Assembly: GCA_964016885.1 (NCBI GenBank) | Contig: OZ024740.1 | Coordinates: 127,224,001-127,288,000, forward strand | Source of the DNA: Eledone cirrhosa | Taxonomy: Eukaryota | Direction: 5' to 3' | DNA length: 64,000 nucleotides | Shown here: in pieces, positions 13,245 through 25,735 of the stretch | How positions within the stretch are numbered: position 1 is the first letter of the stretch | How the letters are laid out: each line of letters opens with the position of its first letter | Translations under genes and position numbers: made by a program | The notes under the pieces: generated by a model | What the model saw: the letters and a program-made list of their open reading frames with translations, nothing else | Database searches by the model: none | What the model was told of the DNA's origin: nothing

Positions 13245-13310
13245 TATTTCATTATACATATTTCAGGGATACCATATTAAAAATATGGCATGCCTTCTTC
13301 AGATAAAATA
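13245..13310 (-). ncRNA. Type I minimal hammerhead ribozyme at the Penelope-like terminal repeat
   Basis: Minus strand: stem I UAUUUUAU/AUGAAAUA, core CUGAAGA, stem II closed by AGG/CCU with UGCCAU/AUGGUA hairpin, GAAA, short stem III AUA-UG-UAU, AUA cleavage triplet. Confidence 0.75.
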
Positions 13311-13538
13311 CAATATATAAGCAGTTTTATAAATAAATTTGACGTACCATAAATATTGATCAACTTCCATTTGAGAAGTTGGTTTGGTAGTGAAATATGT
13401 ATAATGAAATAAATATGGTTTTATAAATATAGTTTCCATTTGTTTAATATCGTATATCTACTCCAAAACTTGTTGAGTGCTTTATATCAGTTATAAAATA
13501 TTTACTCGTTGTAATCCAACAATTTTAAATAAAACTTT

Positions 13539-13589
<51 letters not shown>

Positions 13590-14851
13590 TTTAATTGATG
13601 GCAATACTCACGGTGGCGGCAATATCAGTTTTGTTCTATGGTCACGTGTGTTGGACCTTGAGATCTTCGTCTGTTAAATTTTGTCATTTTAGATGTAGTG
13701 TTACTCTGTGCTATATTTGATGTTGTTGAATAGGAGAGCTTCAAGGTGCTTTTATTGGAAGTTCTGGGGTATCGGTGCTCTGGTCGGAAGTGTCTCCGGA
13801 TCACCCCGAAAAAGATTCAAGTGAGATATGTTGCCACTTCCGCATTGTGGGTTCGGTTGTACCATGTAACCCTACGATTCCTGTTCTAGCAGAGGTTGCT
13901 TAACATTTGTTGTCCCACGAAGTGTGTCTCTGTTTAATTCGCTGCATTGTAGTGTCTCGTTGTAATAGGGCACATGATCATGGAAGATCTACTCAGTTGC
14001 GGCCTATAGAGATGGAGATATTTTTAGTCTGGTTATCGGTTATGGAACGGAAGTGACTGAAGTCCCTGTTGATATAATGGAATGTTTCGTTCGGCTCCTA
14101 TACTTAGTATAGACCTGTTTCGTGGCTGAGTGTAAAATTGAGGAAGTCCACTGAACTCAGTAGGTGCTGGATAGTAATCTGGAAACCGGGGTCGGTGAAA
14201 AAGTCCATGAGATCCTTTCTGGTTTGGTAAGCTACTCGGTGGCTGAAGTTGCTGAGGGTGAGTAGGCCTCCGTCCCGATACAACCCCCTCCACACCAAAA
14301 AAACAAAATAAAACAAAACTGTAAGATATTTTAATTTAGAAAATATTTAGAGTCCAACCAGGTCGGTGATATCCTCCGAGTCACTGGCCCCGATGCTCAA
14401 GTCAGCATGTGTGCATGTGCATTCTATGTATTCCAATTGAAGAAACTCCACACAAAAGAACTTGCATATTTTTAGTAAGTTGCTCACGTCCCATGAAATA
14501 TACATCCTTGCCTTCATTTGTAGTTTTAGAAATCCTAAATTAATTTAACATATTACGATGTAAATTCATTTTTATCAAATCAATATTAACCTATGGATCA
14601 GGAGGATATTGCTTCTGGAAATCCAATTTTATTAACCTGATTTAGCAGGTATATTCTACCATCCATTTCCCCGATAAAATTACCTTTGGTTTTAAATTTT
14701 ATGAAATTATTATTGAATCATATTTCGGGATTTTGGACATTCTATTTTTCAAGACTTTGACAGGTTTTTAGGTTCTTTGAATCTTCAAGGAATAGCAGCC
14801 AATTCGTCCGCAAGTCATACTTTCCATTACCTTAATGTGAGGACACAAAGA

Positions 14852-14980
14852 ATAATTGTTTCTACTTTAGGCACAATGCCAGCAATTAACCACTACATTA
14901 CTGGTACTTTATTTTATCGACCCCGTAAGGATGAAAGGCAAAGTTAACCTCGGCGGGATTTGAACTCAGATAATGTTGCC
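14852..14980 (-). mobile_element. 5'-truncated SINE
   Basis: Reverse complement of B-box, core and tail. Confidence 0.85.
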
Positions 14981-15135
14981 TTACATATACACTCCGAGAA
15001 AGGAAAAAAGTAAACGCAATGGTCTCTACTGGAAGGTTCTGCATAGTTTTGTTAGCTCGTGTCTTGATATTTATAGTCGACATAACTTGCAAATACTTTT
15101 ACATAAACATCTGGAATATATATAAGTTGCATATC

Positions 15136-15179
<44 letters not shown>

Positions 15180-15254
15180 CTTCTTCTTCTTCTTCTTCTT
15201 CTTCTTCTTCTTCTTCTTCTTCTTCTTCTTCTTCTTCTTCTTCTTCTTCTTCTT
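15136..15254. repeat. (TTG)n(TTC)n compound microsatellite
   Basis: Direct reading. Confidence 0.97.
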
Positions 15255-15589
15255 GGGAGAGTCGTGGGGGAGTCATCAAACACCTTCCAGTTGTCCCAGT
15301 CAGAAAAAAAATACAGCTCTGTTGGAGCCCCAAGTGGGACCAAGCGAGCACATGGATCTTAATCAAGCTTCTTGCTTGTGCTCTTTCTGGGACATTCTAA
15401 CCACATGCCCGTAGTATTGGTATCTGTGATTACTCAATTTTGAAAAGTCGCGGCTCTATCTGGATTGACTCTGTTCTTTGAGTATTGAATAAATTTACTT
15501 CAATTCTTCTTACATATTTTCATGAAAAATGTTCAATTAACAATTTAAAACATATTAACTTTCGTTACGTCATTAATATTATTGGCATA

Positions 15590-15965
15590 GGGCGGCGATT
15601 TGGCAGTACCGGTAGAGCGTGAGGCAACATTGTGTGTGGCATAGAGTTACGGCCTTTTACATCTTGAGTTCAAATCACGCTGATGTTAGCTTTGCTTTTC
15701 ATCCTTACGGGTTCGATAAATAATTGTTTCTACTTTAGGCACAAGGCCAGCAATTACCCAGTGTATTACTGGTACTTTATTTTATCGACCCTGTAAGGAT
15801 GAAAGGCAAAGTCAACCTCGGCGGGATTTGAACTCAGATCGTAAAGGGACGTAACTATGCTGGAAAGCATGGCGTCCGACTCTCTACCGATACTGCCAAT
15901 CCACCGGGTTCGATAAATAATGCACCAGTAACACACCTCTTCAAATTACTAGCCATGTGCCTGTA
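15590..15965 (+). mobile_element. Older SINE split by an inverted younger SINE
   Basis: Head and core at 15590-15724; remainder at 15905-15965. Confidence 0.8.
15725..15904 (-). mobile_element. Full-length SINE with 16-17 bp target-site duplication
   Basis: CGGGTTCGATAAATAAT occurs at 15708-15724 and 15905-15921. Confidence 0.9.
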
Positions 15966-17489
15966 TTAGTAATCATTAATGTTACTCGCATATTCTTGAA
16001 TGTTTTATCGTTTATTTTTCTTGAAAATACATACGCCAAAACACAGCTTTCCGAAACTTTAGGTACACTTCAGTATTTAATTCTGGCAAAGAATCACGCG
16101 GAAGAATTTATAGACGCTACTACTGAGTTGATTTCTTTCTAGACAAATTCACACACATAGACATATAAACAAACTTCGAGACTTTGAGAAACTGAGAACA
16201 CACTTAAATATATAACACTATTATCACATGCATGGTAATCTAGCTTCTTATTTCTTAAGCTATTTATTTGTGTGCCATTATTTTTCTTTTTAAGTATCTG
16301 ATACCCAAATATGGAATAGAAATCATACATGAAGACGATCATAGCGCCTATAGATGTACACATACGCGTGTGTACACAAAGAATTATACGCAGGTTTTCA
16401 AATTTGTTGACTCATCATTCATCTATCCATTCACACATGTAACTATACACATGCAGTCACACGCTTGTAGTTACAACAACACGTATAAAAATATCCATCT
16501 TCATATATTTTAAGCTATTTGTTTGCCATTAACGTTCATTTTAAGTACTGTTTCTGAAAACCCATCCCGATGTTTCAGCTTTGTTAAACAATGTTTATTT
16601 GCTCATACAGCCAATATTACAATTTATTTTGCTTCCCAAATATTTATTGGCTTCCAGCACACTTGTTCCCTATTTGTATATTCTGGCGCCATATCGCTTT
16701 CCATTAATCCTGAAGATTATCATTGGCAATAAAGAAACCAAGTAACTGTATTATAAGAGTGGCTAGTTGAAAGGCAGGGAAGGCGCTGAATATAATACCA
16801 TTCCATGTTTAGTTTTCTTCTTTTATGTTGAATATTCAAGCCGATGGGGGATCTACTTTGTCTTTCATCATTTCAATGACGATCAAATAATTACGAATTG
16901 CTAGTAATATTCTCCAGTGGAATCAAATAATTATACACAAAGCCCTCTAAATATTACACTTCCATTTAGCTAATAGAAATAAATATTACATTATGAGTGT
17001 CAAAGTTGATGGAAATAACAGAGAGCCAGACTTAAATTTTAGGGTTATATCTTTCATAATACTAGTGCAAAACACGTTAGTCTTATTTCTAAATACGCAG
17101 TCATCTACTGTTGTTAGAAAATATTTGATAATATACCAGTGATTATTCAAGAGTATGCAAGAAAAGAAGGACGAAACTAAAAGTAGTGTGTTATTTATGT
17201 TAGTATTGAAAATTCCTGCGTCTTTAGTTTTTCTTAGATTGAATGACTTTATATTAAGATGAGATTAATGAACCTCGAAAGATTCTAACTGGTACCATAC
17301 GTACGAATCAATCCAAAGAAAAGTGCTCTTTGTGGAGAGCCGACCTGCTTAAAAAACACACAAAATCCAACAGGTTATTATGGAATATATAACAATAGGA
17401 TATATTGTATAAATAAACGATATAGGGGATAACTTGAATGATATTTCTACTTGATCATAGATGATTATATGTTTAAACAACAACTATAA

Positions 17490-17590
17490 CGACGGAAAGA
17501 ACAACGTACGCAAGTTTGTCTGGTTCAACTATTTACTATACCCCATGTTAAAACCTACCTTTGGGAAACATTTGCTTATAAGTATTTATA
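17490..17590 (+). pseudogene. Tiny Penelope/Naiad-like remnant
   Basis: RKFVWFN..FGKHLL resembles RPVTWYN..TNIPGTIF of the element at 8451-10930. Confidence 0.4.
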
Positions 17591-17794
17591 TGCCTATTTT
17601 ATGGCATAGATTAATAAATCTTTACATACTTGCTTTATTATGTTAAACATTTCGATTATGTCTTCGATTTAATGACATAATACTTGGAGCGGCGACATAT
17701 TACAATTATATTATTTTTATTAATACTACTACTATTACCATTATTATTATTATTGTTGTTGTTGATGTTGTGGTTGTTATTATTATTATTATTG

Positions 17795-19536
17795 TTCTTT
17801 GAGTCTCAGTCATTGATGTTATTTAACTGGAAAGTTTGTTGAAATGAATATCAAGCCACTACCGGCAGCCTCATATATTCAGGACGTATCGGAGGGTTCT
17901 TGCTGCTCCCAGCAAGCATGCGTTTTGAAGTGTTCCAAAAAGTGGGGCGGGACAAATTTTCTTTAACCATCCTTGGAAACTATTTGAGATAGTCCCTAGT
18001 GCGCCTATGACAATTGGGACCACTTTGACCTCATGGCAGTACCAAATTCTTTTTACCTCCCACTTTAAGTCCTCGTATCGGTTAATTTTCTCCCTCTCCT
18101 TCTCTTGCACTCTCGTATCAAATGGGCAGGCAACATCCTCAATCAGCCACCCATCATTTTCCGTTTTCCCAAACAACCAGGTCAGGTCTATTGTGTTCCA
18201 GTTTCTTTTCCGTCTGTATCCTAAAATCCCACAGGACCTTCACCTGATCGTTTTCCATCACTGACTCTGGCTTATGCTCATACCACTTCTCAAAATGTGG
18301 TAAATTGTTTACTTTGCCTAGGTGCCCGTGGATCACCCTGCCCATCACATCATGTCTCCAGCCTTTATAGTGAGTCTGGGCTAGGTGTTTACACTCAGAT
18401 ACAATGTGAGCCACAGTCTTCTCTCTCTCTCCACAGATCCTGCACAGTGGGCTAGCCTCCTCCTTGTAAATATGGTGTTTCAGCCACTTCGTTTTGAGGG
18501 CCTGCTCTTGCGCAGCCATTAACATTCCTTCTGTAGCCTTTTTAAGGTCTCCTCTTTTCAACCAGTTCCATGTCTGTAGATCTCTAATTTCAGTTTTCTC
18601 AAAGAAGGTACTATGAAGGAATTTTCCATGAAGGTTGCTCTTTCTCCATGTTGTTATTTCCTCCTTGGACATTCCCTGGTCTATTGTCCTCTCCTTCAGT
18701 ACAATTCTGAGCATTGGCTCCCTACTATCAGTTACGTATTTGAGTAGGTTGTTTTTCTCCATCTGAACAAAGTCCTCTATGCTGATAAGACCTCTTCCAC
18801 CTTCAGATTTCCTTAAGTAGAGTCTATCGACATCACTCCTCTTGTGGAACATGTAGATATTCAATAGTTTCCTTGTCTTCCTATCCATTTCTTTTTGTTC
18901 AGCAACATTCCATCTCAGAATTCCCGCACTGTACCTAATAATAGACACAGCTCGGGAATTTACTGCACTTAAGGCATTCCTACTGTTCAGATGTGACTTT
19001 AATACCCTCCTTACTCTCCGAATGTATTCAGATCTTATTAATTCCTTCATTTTTTTTTGTTTTTGATGTCATCAGCCTCCAGAACACCTAAATACTTGTA
19101 TCCTTCTTCAGTATCAATTTCCTTTATCATCTCACCTTTTGGTACATGGATTCCGTTGCTTCTGCTCAATTTACCCTCTTCATCACAAGGACTCCACACT
19201 TACTAATACCAAATTGCATACATATATCATTGCTGAAAATACGGACAGTGTCAACAAGCACATCCAACTTCTTCTCACTCTTCCTGAACAGCTTAAGATC
19301 GTCCATGAAGAGAAGGTGATTGATGGTAAGCTCTCCCTTTCCCAACTTGTATCCTGCTCTCACTTTTCGCAGTCTAATGGCCAGGGGCATCAGGGCAAGG
19401 ACAAACAATAGAGGGGACAGACTATCTCCCTAGAAGATACCTCTCTTGATCTTCACGCCTCCCAAGGATTCTCCAGCTGATGTTAACTCTGTTTTCCAGG
19501 ACTTCTAGACTTCAAGATCTCTACACTTTTGGTGAT

Positions 19537-19539
<3 letters not shown>
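17795..19539 (-). mobile_element. R4/Dong-like family B, 5'-truncated copy
   Basis: [11 protein letters not shown] (RT), CRICGE..VAHIVSEC (CCHC), HNRPDLVV..DVACPFD..EKINRY (RLE). (TTA)n on both sides. Confidence 0.93.
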
Positions 19540-19595
<56 letters not shown>

Positions 19596-19803
19596 GGCGA
19601 CCTACGAAGTAAATCGTATCATCGTGAGCTCCGCAAAGGTTTGTTATTTCCGTTTGTTAAAAATTGTCATTTATGGAAAATTTTATTGTTAACTGTTTAT
19701 AAGCGCACATACATTGTTTTCCGAAAAGGACACCCAAAAAGATTGGGGCCTTGTGCCCAAAATTTAATCTTTTATTATTATCAAACAATTTCTTTGAAAA
19801 AAA

Positions 19804-21793
19804 ATGGCTAATTCACCCCTGCACCAAGCAGCTGAAAGCCTTCCTCACAAATTAACACCTTCAACCGACACCACCATTGTAAATGTTACTACGTTTGCCA
19901 ACACAAAAAAAAAATATAAGCAGTAGCAATATTTTAAATTTGTCTCAGGCAGACATTCATTTCCCGCCATTACCAATGACTGCAGGTGTTAAAGCCTCCA
20001 CCACCACCACCACCGCGACAACCACCACCCCCACCACCACCGCGACAACAGAAACAAAAGAAGAAAAAAATAAATTAACTCGTGATGACGAAATGAAATC
20101 AAGCAAAATGGACTCTTCCCCACCAAAGACGACTGACGTCACCACCACCACAACTGAAACTAAAATTAATATTAACACAAATAACGATAGCAACAACAAC
20201 AACAATGACATTATAAAACCGACCCTCAGTTTCGCCAGAGTAGCAAAACAGTTCGAAGCATTTCAGGTAACTCAGGAGGATTTAGAAAATGCCAAACAAA
20301 TGGTAAAGAAAGATGGGTACAGGGTCAGCCCCCCCCCACACCTAATAAAATGGAGCATCGGCGCCTATGCACCGTGTCTTATCGAACAATAAATGTAAAA
20401 TCGCGCCGAGTGGAACGGGCATCCGAGTCCCAAATCCAAAAAGCTTTGGGACATGTGTGGGCAAGAAAAACCCACATCAGACGTGGGCAAAAGTATGGAA
20501 CCGTGCACGTGTTCTTTGAAACACCAGAGGAGGCTAGAGAACACTCCATGGCCCCATTAAGAAGTGACGACTTCACACTCGTCCCAAGCTATTGTGGCCA
20601 GAGACTCGTAAAGATCAGGGTGACCCACGTTCCACCGGCCATCGAAATTCCCTGGCTAATAGCAGCCGTCCTCGCCGGCATCGAAGCCAAAACGAAAATA
20701 ATAGCAATAGCAAAAGAAAAGCAGGAGAACTGGTCCGGATCTGGGATGGAGCTCCTGATCCAAGCGGACCAAAAAAGCATTGAGGAGATCCCAGAGGTAA
20801 TAGACCTCACTGACGGCAGCAACCTCACCGTAATTGTCGAGGGCAGAAGACCTAGGTGTGTCGTTTGTGGTGAAGGAACCCACCTAAGGGCTTTCTGCCC
20901 TCAGGCTAAAAGGTTGAGGCCACCTCTCCTACCCACCCCAGTGACACAACCATCAAGACCACCAGTAGCAGAGATGACATGCAACAACTGTAGCAGCAAC
21001 AACAGAAGCAACTATAACAGCAACAACCCCAGCAACAGTAGCAACACCACCACCACCACCAGCAAAACCAACACCACCACCACCCAACGCTTCAGAACTA
21101 GCACCAGCGCCTACACCATCCACCACGCCACAACCAAAAGTAACGGCTGTGGAGGATTTTCCACTCCCCGGCCTATCACAACTGGAGACAGATTGTGACG
21201 ACGAGGAGTGGGAAACGATATCCGGAAAAAAAAAAGAAACCAAAAAAGAAAAAAATTCTCTTCCTTCCCCCTCCAAAAACAAAATACAGAGGGAAACAAA
21301 TAAATTAAGAAACAAAAAAGTTAGGACATATATGCCACCATCCACACCAGCATCACCAACCCCATCAACCCAAACACCAACACCATCACCATCATTAACC
21401 CCAACACCACCATCACCTACACCACAAAAGTCACCAAAATGCGAAACAGAAACAAACCCACAACAAACGCAAACAAAACAAAACAACCAAAACGATACAC
21501 ACTACACAGCATTAAATTTGAACAACAACCAATTATTACACTACATCCAACACAACACCAGCATCACAGAAAAAGACTACACAACAACCTCAAAATTCAC
21601 ACCACCTCCACACATACAAATCACTCGCATCACACAGAATACGTACATGACACTGAAACAAAAATTCCCCAAAGACATCGGAGACTTCCGACAAGCACTC
21701 TCCAGGAGGATTTATAAGGACATCCTTCCTGAGAAGGCCACAAGCAGTGAAAAGGATGGAAAAACCGTCCTTCCCCTACGAGAAGTAAGGTAA
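19804..21793 (+). pseudogene. C1 ORF1: Gag-like RNA-binding protein, frameshifted
   Basis: Thr/Asn-rich N-terminus, RRM-like YGTVHVFF region, CCHC knuckle CVVCGEGTHLRAFC, Pro/Thr-rich C-terminal part. Confidence 0.85.
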
Positions 21794-21827
21794 GTGGTCT
21801 TTCCCATCTTTTCCACTCCTTTTCAAC

Positions 21828-24800
21828 ATGACCTCACTCAGAATAGGCAGCATAAATGCGCGTGGCTTGGGGTCGTCATGGAAGCAGGGCCACCTGCTCA
21901 ACGACCTCAGGTCACTAAACATAGATGTAGTGGCCATCAGCGAGACCAGAATCTCCGAAGCACAGGCTTCGCACCGATCTTCGGCGGCTACGATGTGTAC
22001 GCATCTCCCAGCCGTCCGGCATCGGGGGGAGGAGTTGCTGTGCTTTTTCGGAGAGGTTTGGATCTTGCCATACGGGCCATTTTCCTGGACCCAGAAGGTA
22101 AGTTGGTGGTGCTGGACGTGACCAACGGAGACGGGCAAGCTTTCAGGTTAGTGGCCGTCTATGCCCCGACAGGAGCAGGGCTGCCTGATTTCTTCCGGCG
22201 TCTGGAGACCTTTCTTGGAACGTCCCGCTCTTTAGTGTTAGTGGGCGACTGGAACGGGATCTTAGATGCACGCTGGGATTTTGTGGGATTAGTGGATAGG
22301 GAAGGAGGGTGCAAGAGTCTCACCAACCTGCTCAGACGTTTTGAACTGTCTGACAGGTACCGAATGGATATCCCGAATGTACCAATGTGGACTTGGGCAA
22401 ATCGCATAGGGTCATCCAGATCATATCTAGATAGAGTATTTTGTAGGGAAATAGATAGGTCTAGCATAGGCTGTCCACAATTCAAGATAGTCAGCTACAC
22501 GGACCACAAATTCGTGATCTGTGTGCTTGACTTAGATAGGCTTCATAGACGAGGACCCGGCTACTGGAAGCTAAACGCGTCCTTACCAGAGCGCAAGGCC
22601 TACAGAGAGCGGATTAGCGAACTAGTTAAGCGGGCGTTGACGGAGGCATCGTCAACAACAAGTGGTGGTTTGCTCTGAAAAGAGCAATTAGGTTTAGTAA
22701 GACTTTAGCAATAGAGAAAAATAGAGCAGAGGGAGAATTAGTTAGAAAATTAGATGAGGCGCTTAGCAAAGGCATCGCGACCGACGTACTTGCGGCGAAA
22801 TTGGCCCTTGACCAATTCTTCAATGCAAAGCACGAAGGCTGCGTTGTCAGAGCTAGGGTGCGTGCTCTCAGACACGAGGGGACAAAAGCCGTTCAATGGG
22901 CCCGATTGGCGGAGGCGCGTCGTGGCAACAAAGCCACGATCCGGTCTTTGGTGGACCACCACGGGCGCATGCTACTCGATCCCGGGCAAATGTGTGAAGC
23001 TTTTCAGCGAAACTTCGCTCAACTGTTCGGGGGCAGTGGCGGGCCGGATCGAGGGATGGACTTTAGTGTCTACCTCGACGGACTGCCGCGGCTTTCGGCC
23101 ACTGAGGCGGAGTGTTGCGAAAAGCCGATAACAACCGCTGAAGTACGGGATGCAATGACTCGTTGCACAAGGGGTAAATCGCCTGGTTTGGATGGTCTGC
23201 CCTATGAACTTTACGTACAAATGCCAAACTTGTTCGGAGGCCTCTTGGCGGACGTCTACTGAAACTGGCAACAGAACGGGAGAATTCCCAGCTCTGTGAG
23301 CCGAGGAGCGGTGGCACTGCTGAGAAAGGATCCGAACAAGGGGGATAACATAGATAATTTTAGGCCCATAACTCTGCTAAACACAGAGTTCAAGATTTTG
23401 GCCAAGGTGCTCGCAAAGAAGTTGGCGCTTGTCGTTGGTGGTCTGGTGGGAGAGGCACAGACATGCGCCATTCCCGACAGATCCATCCACGACAACCTCC
23501 ACCTCATGCGATACATCGTAGAGAGGGTAGCTAGGGAACCTGGCACGGGTGGGTCTTTGATCAATTTAGATCAGTCGAAAGCCTTCGATAGGGTCGACCA
23601 TCGTTACCTAACGGCAGTCCTGAGGGCGGCTGGCTTTGGGCCCGTCTTCAGAGGCTGGATCGCTGCCATGCACAGCGAGATCTGCTCTGTAGTGAGAGTG
23701 AACGGTCACCTTTCGGAACCGTTCAACATCATGCGCTCGGTCCGCCAAGGATGTCCCCTCTCGTCCCTATTGTATGTATTGACTCTCGAGCCATTACTGC
23801 ACAAACTGGAGACGTTGAGGGGGATCTCGCGCGAACTAGGATGCGGAAGATCCGTTTCAGCATATGCCGACGATGTCACCGTAGTGGTGTCGAACGCCAA
23901 ACACATCGAGGCGATCGGCACTACACTAAGAGAATACGAAGCGTTGACAGGAGCAATGATCAACCAGGAAAAGTCAGTGGGCCTGCAGCTCGGCACCTGG
24001 AGAGGCAGGTCCATGCCGTCCAACAGCGTCGTCGGGCGCTGGACAGACGGACCGGTTAAATTGCTAGGGGTCTGGTTCGTTCCAGACCTCCAGACGGACA
24101 AAAACTGGGACGAGGTGACGAGCTGGGTGGCTTCTCTCACCCAGAAATGGGCCGAGAGGAAGCTATCCCTGAAAGGTCGAGCGGAGGTGGCTAACGCGTA
24201 CATCGCGTCCGTCATCTACTACCGCCTAACCGTCGTACCTTGTCCTAAGCCCCGCCTGACTGCGCTGGAGCGTTTGCTCTTTCGCTTCTTGTGGTCAGGC
24301 GGTCCATCTGCTGTCAACACCCGCTACGTGGAGGGCTGGGCATGCCGTGGCTGATGATGCGCAGACACGCGCTCAGGCTACGACATCTCCACCTCTTCCT
24401 CGACGGTGATCAGGTGTGGTCGCCGTTTGCTAGACACGTTTTTCCCCAGCTCGTCTCCTTGACGGAGCTGCAGTCCTGGGTCAAGCGAAGACCGAGAGGG
24501 AGCGCTTGGAGACTGGAATGTCTTCAGGCGCTCACAGCCCTCGACCAATCGTGCCATGTGATCGGTGGAAACTCCACCTTGGCGTTCTATAGGGGATTAG
24601 TGGAGGGGAAGAGCGACGACGTACTTGGAGAAACTCTAGGCTTCGACGAAAATCAACTAGCCAATCTCTTCGGAAGGACTTTCGGGCCGGGGCCTATGGA
24701 CAACTTCCAGAAATCCCTGGCCTGGCTGTGCTACCGAGGAGCTTTGCCAGTTCGGGATAAACTCTACAGGCATGGAGGTGCCGTCAGCCGAGCATGACCG

Positions 24801-25211
24801 AGATGCGCGCAGGGCGACGAAACCGTCCTTCACGCACTCGTCCAGTGTCCGAGCATTGCTTACTTGTGGGTTTATGTCGAACACCTGCTGTCGCGTGTCG
24901 GACGGATCCAGCTATCAGCTGAGTCCATCGTGAGGATTGCCCCGCCCTCTTCCTTTAGCCGGGAAGGGCAAGCAGTTTTTATCTGTCTGGTGGCCATGGC
25001 GAAAGAGATAGTATGGTGAACACGTTTGAAAGCGCTGAAGACGAGCACTTACCTCTTCGGTGATGCCCTGATTAACTTTTTCAAATTTCATTTGAAAAGG
25101 AAAATCAGGGTTGAGAGGGAAGTGCTCTCTTCCCAGCATTTTGTTGAAAGATGGGTGAGAGAGGCAAGAATGGCCCGAGTGAATGGGCCTACTCTGAGTA
25201 TGTGTCTGTAA
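21828..25211 (+). pseudogene. C1 ORF2: APE endonuclease, reverse transcriptase and C-terminal zinc finger, disrupted
   Basis: LRIGSINARG, ISETR, VYAP, GDWN, SYLDR, TDH; KSPGLDG, RPITLLN, DQSKAFD, RQGCPLS, YADD; PRC..ETVLHALVQC (first Cys codon is TGA in this copy). Confidence 0.92.
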
Positions 25212-25437
25212 ATTAAAGGTGGAAAACTGGTCAGGGTCACTGTGGTTTTTTAATGGGCTTTCTCCATGAATGTCCCTCGGAGGTCTCCCCCCTATTGGGG
25301 AAATGTTTCATTGTTCTATTATTACATCCCCTGTTTCTTGTCTTTTTTACACGCAGATATGCCCTCTTGTACCGTCCTATATTGTCCTGTACTGTCCTTA
25401 ATGTCTACTTTATGTAAACCCTTGTGGTTAATAAAGA

Positions 25438-25473
<36 letters not shown>

Positions 25474-25735
25474 GGCCGCACATGTGTGAAGACAGACAAG
25501 TCTGCCGGGGAAAAGGTTCGTAGCTTTAAGCTGTTTTAAAGTGTCTTTTTTTTGTATTTTCTTGTCATTAACGAAACTTAAGGTACAAATTTTGATTTAA
25601 AGAGAGGGATACCTCTCTCTTTAAATCTTGATTTAAAGAGAGGGATACCTCTCAATATTCGGGCTTTAAGCCCGAATATTCAGATTTATTTTTTAAAAAC
25701 TTCGAAAAAAATCGCTTCCCCACCAAAAGAAAATT

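Larger units (their letters stand above)
13195..15130 (-). mobile_element. Second, decayed Penelope-like element with inverted terminal repeat (13195-13265 vs 13391-13457); a SINE lies inside this span at 14852-14980
   Basis: Minus-strand GLYRDGGLLTL..FQITIQ..VDFLNFTLS (14104-14316) and upstream IGASDSEDITDLVG parallel the RT of 8451-10930. Hammerhead motif overlaps the terminal repeat. The 5' limit is uncertain. Confidence 0.7.
19596..25440 (+). mobile_element. L1/Tx1-like LINE family C, full-length copy C1
   Basis: Starts GGCGACC after (TTA)n; ORF1 and ORF2; ends AATAAAGAAAG(TAT)n. Near-identical to 36873-42705. Confidence 0.93.

Noticed and set aside
15960-17700. Host gene exon in the AT-rich non-repetitive stretch (also 4300-5100)
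   Set aside because: Only short ORFs without recognisable motifs. A small exon cannot be excluded without transcript data.
20953-21486. Long antisense G/V-rich ORFs opposite ORF1 (also 26758-27455, 38209-38751) and antisense ORFs opposite RT regions
   Set aside because: Shadows of compositionally biased coding strands with no independent motifs.
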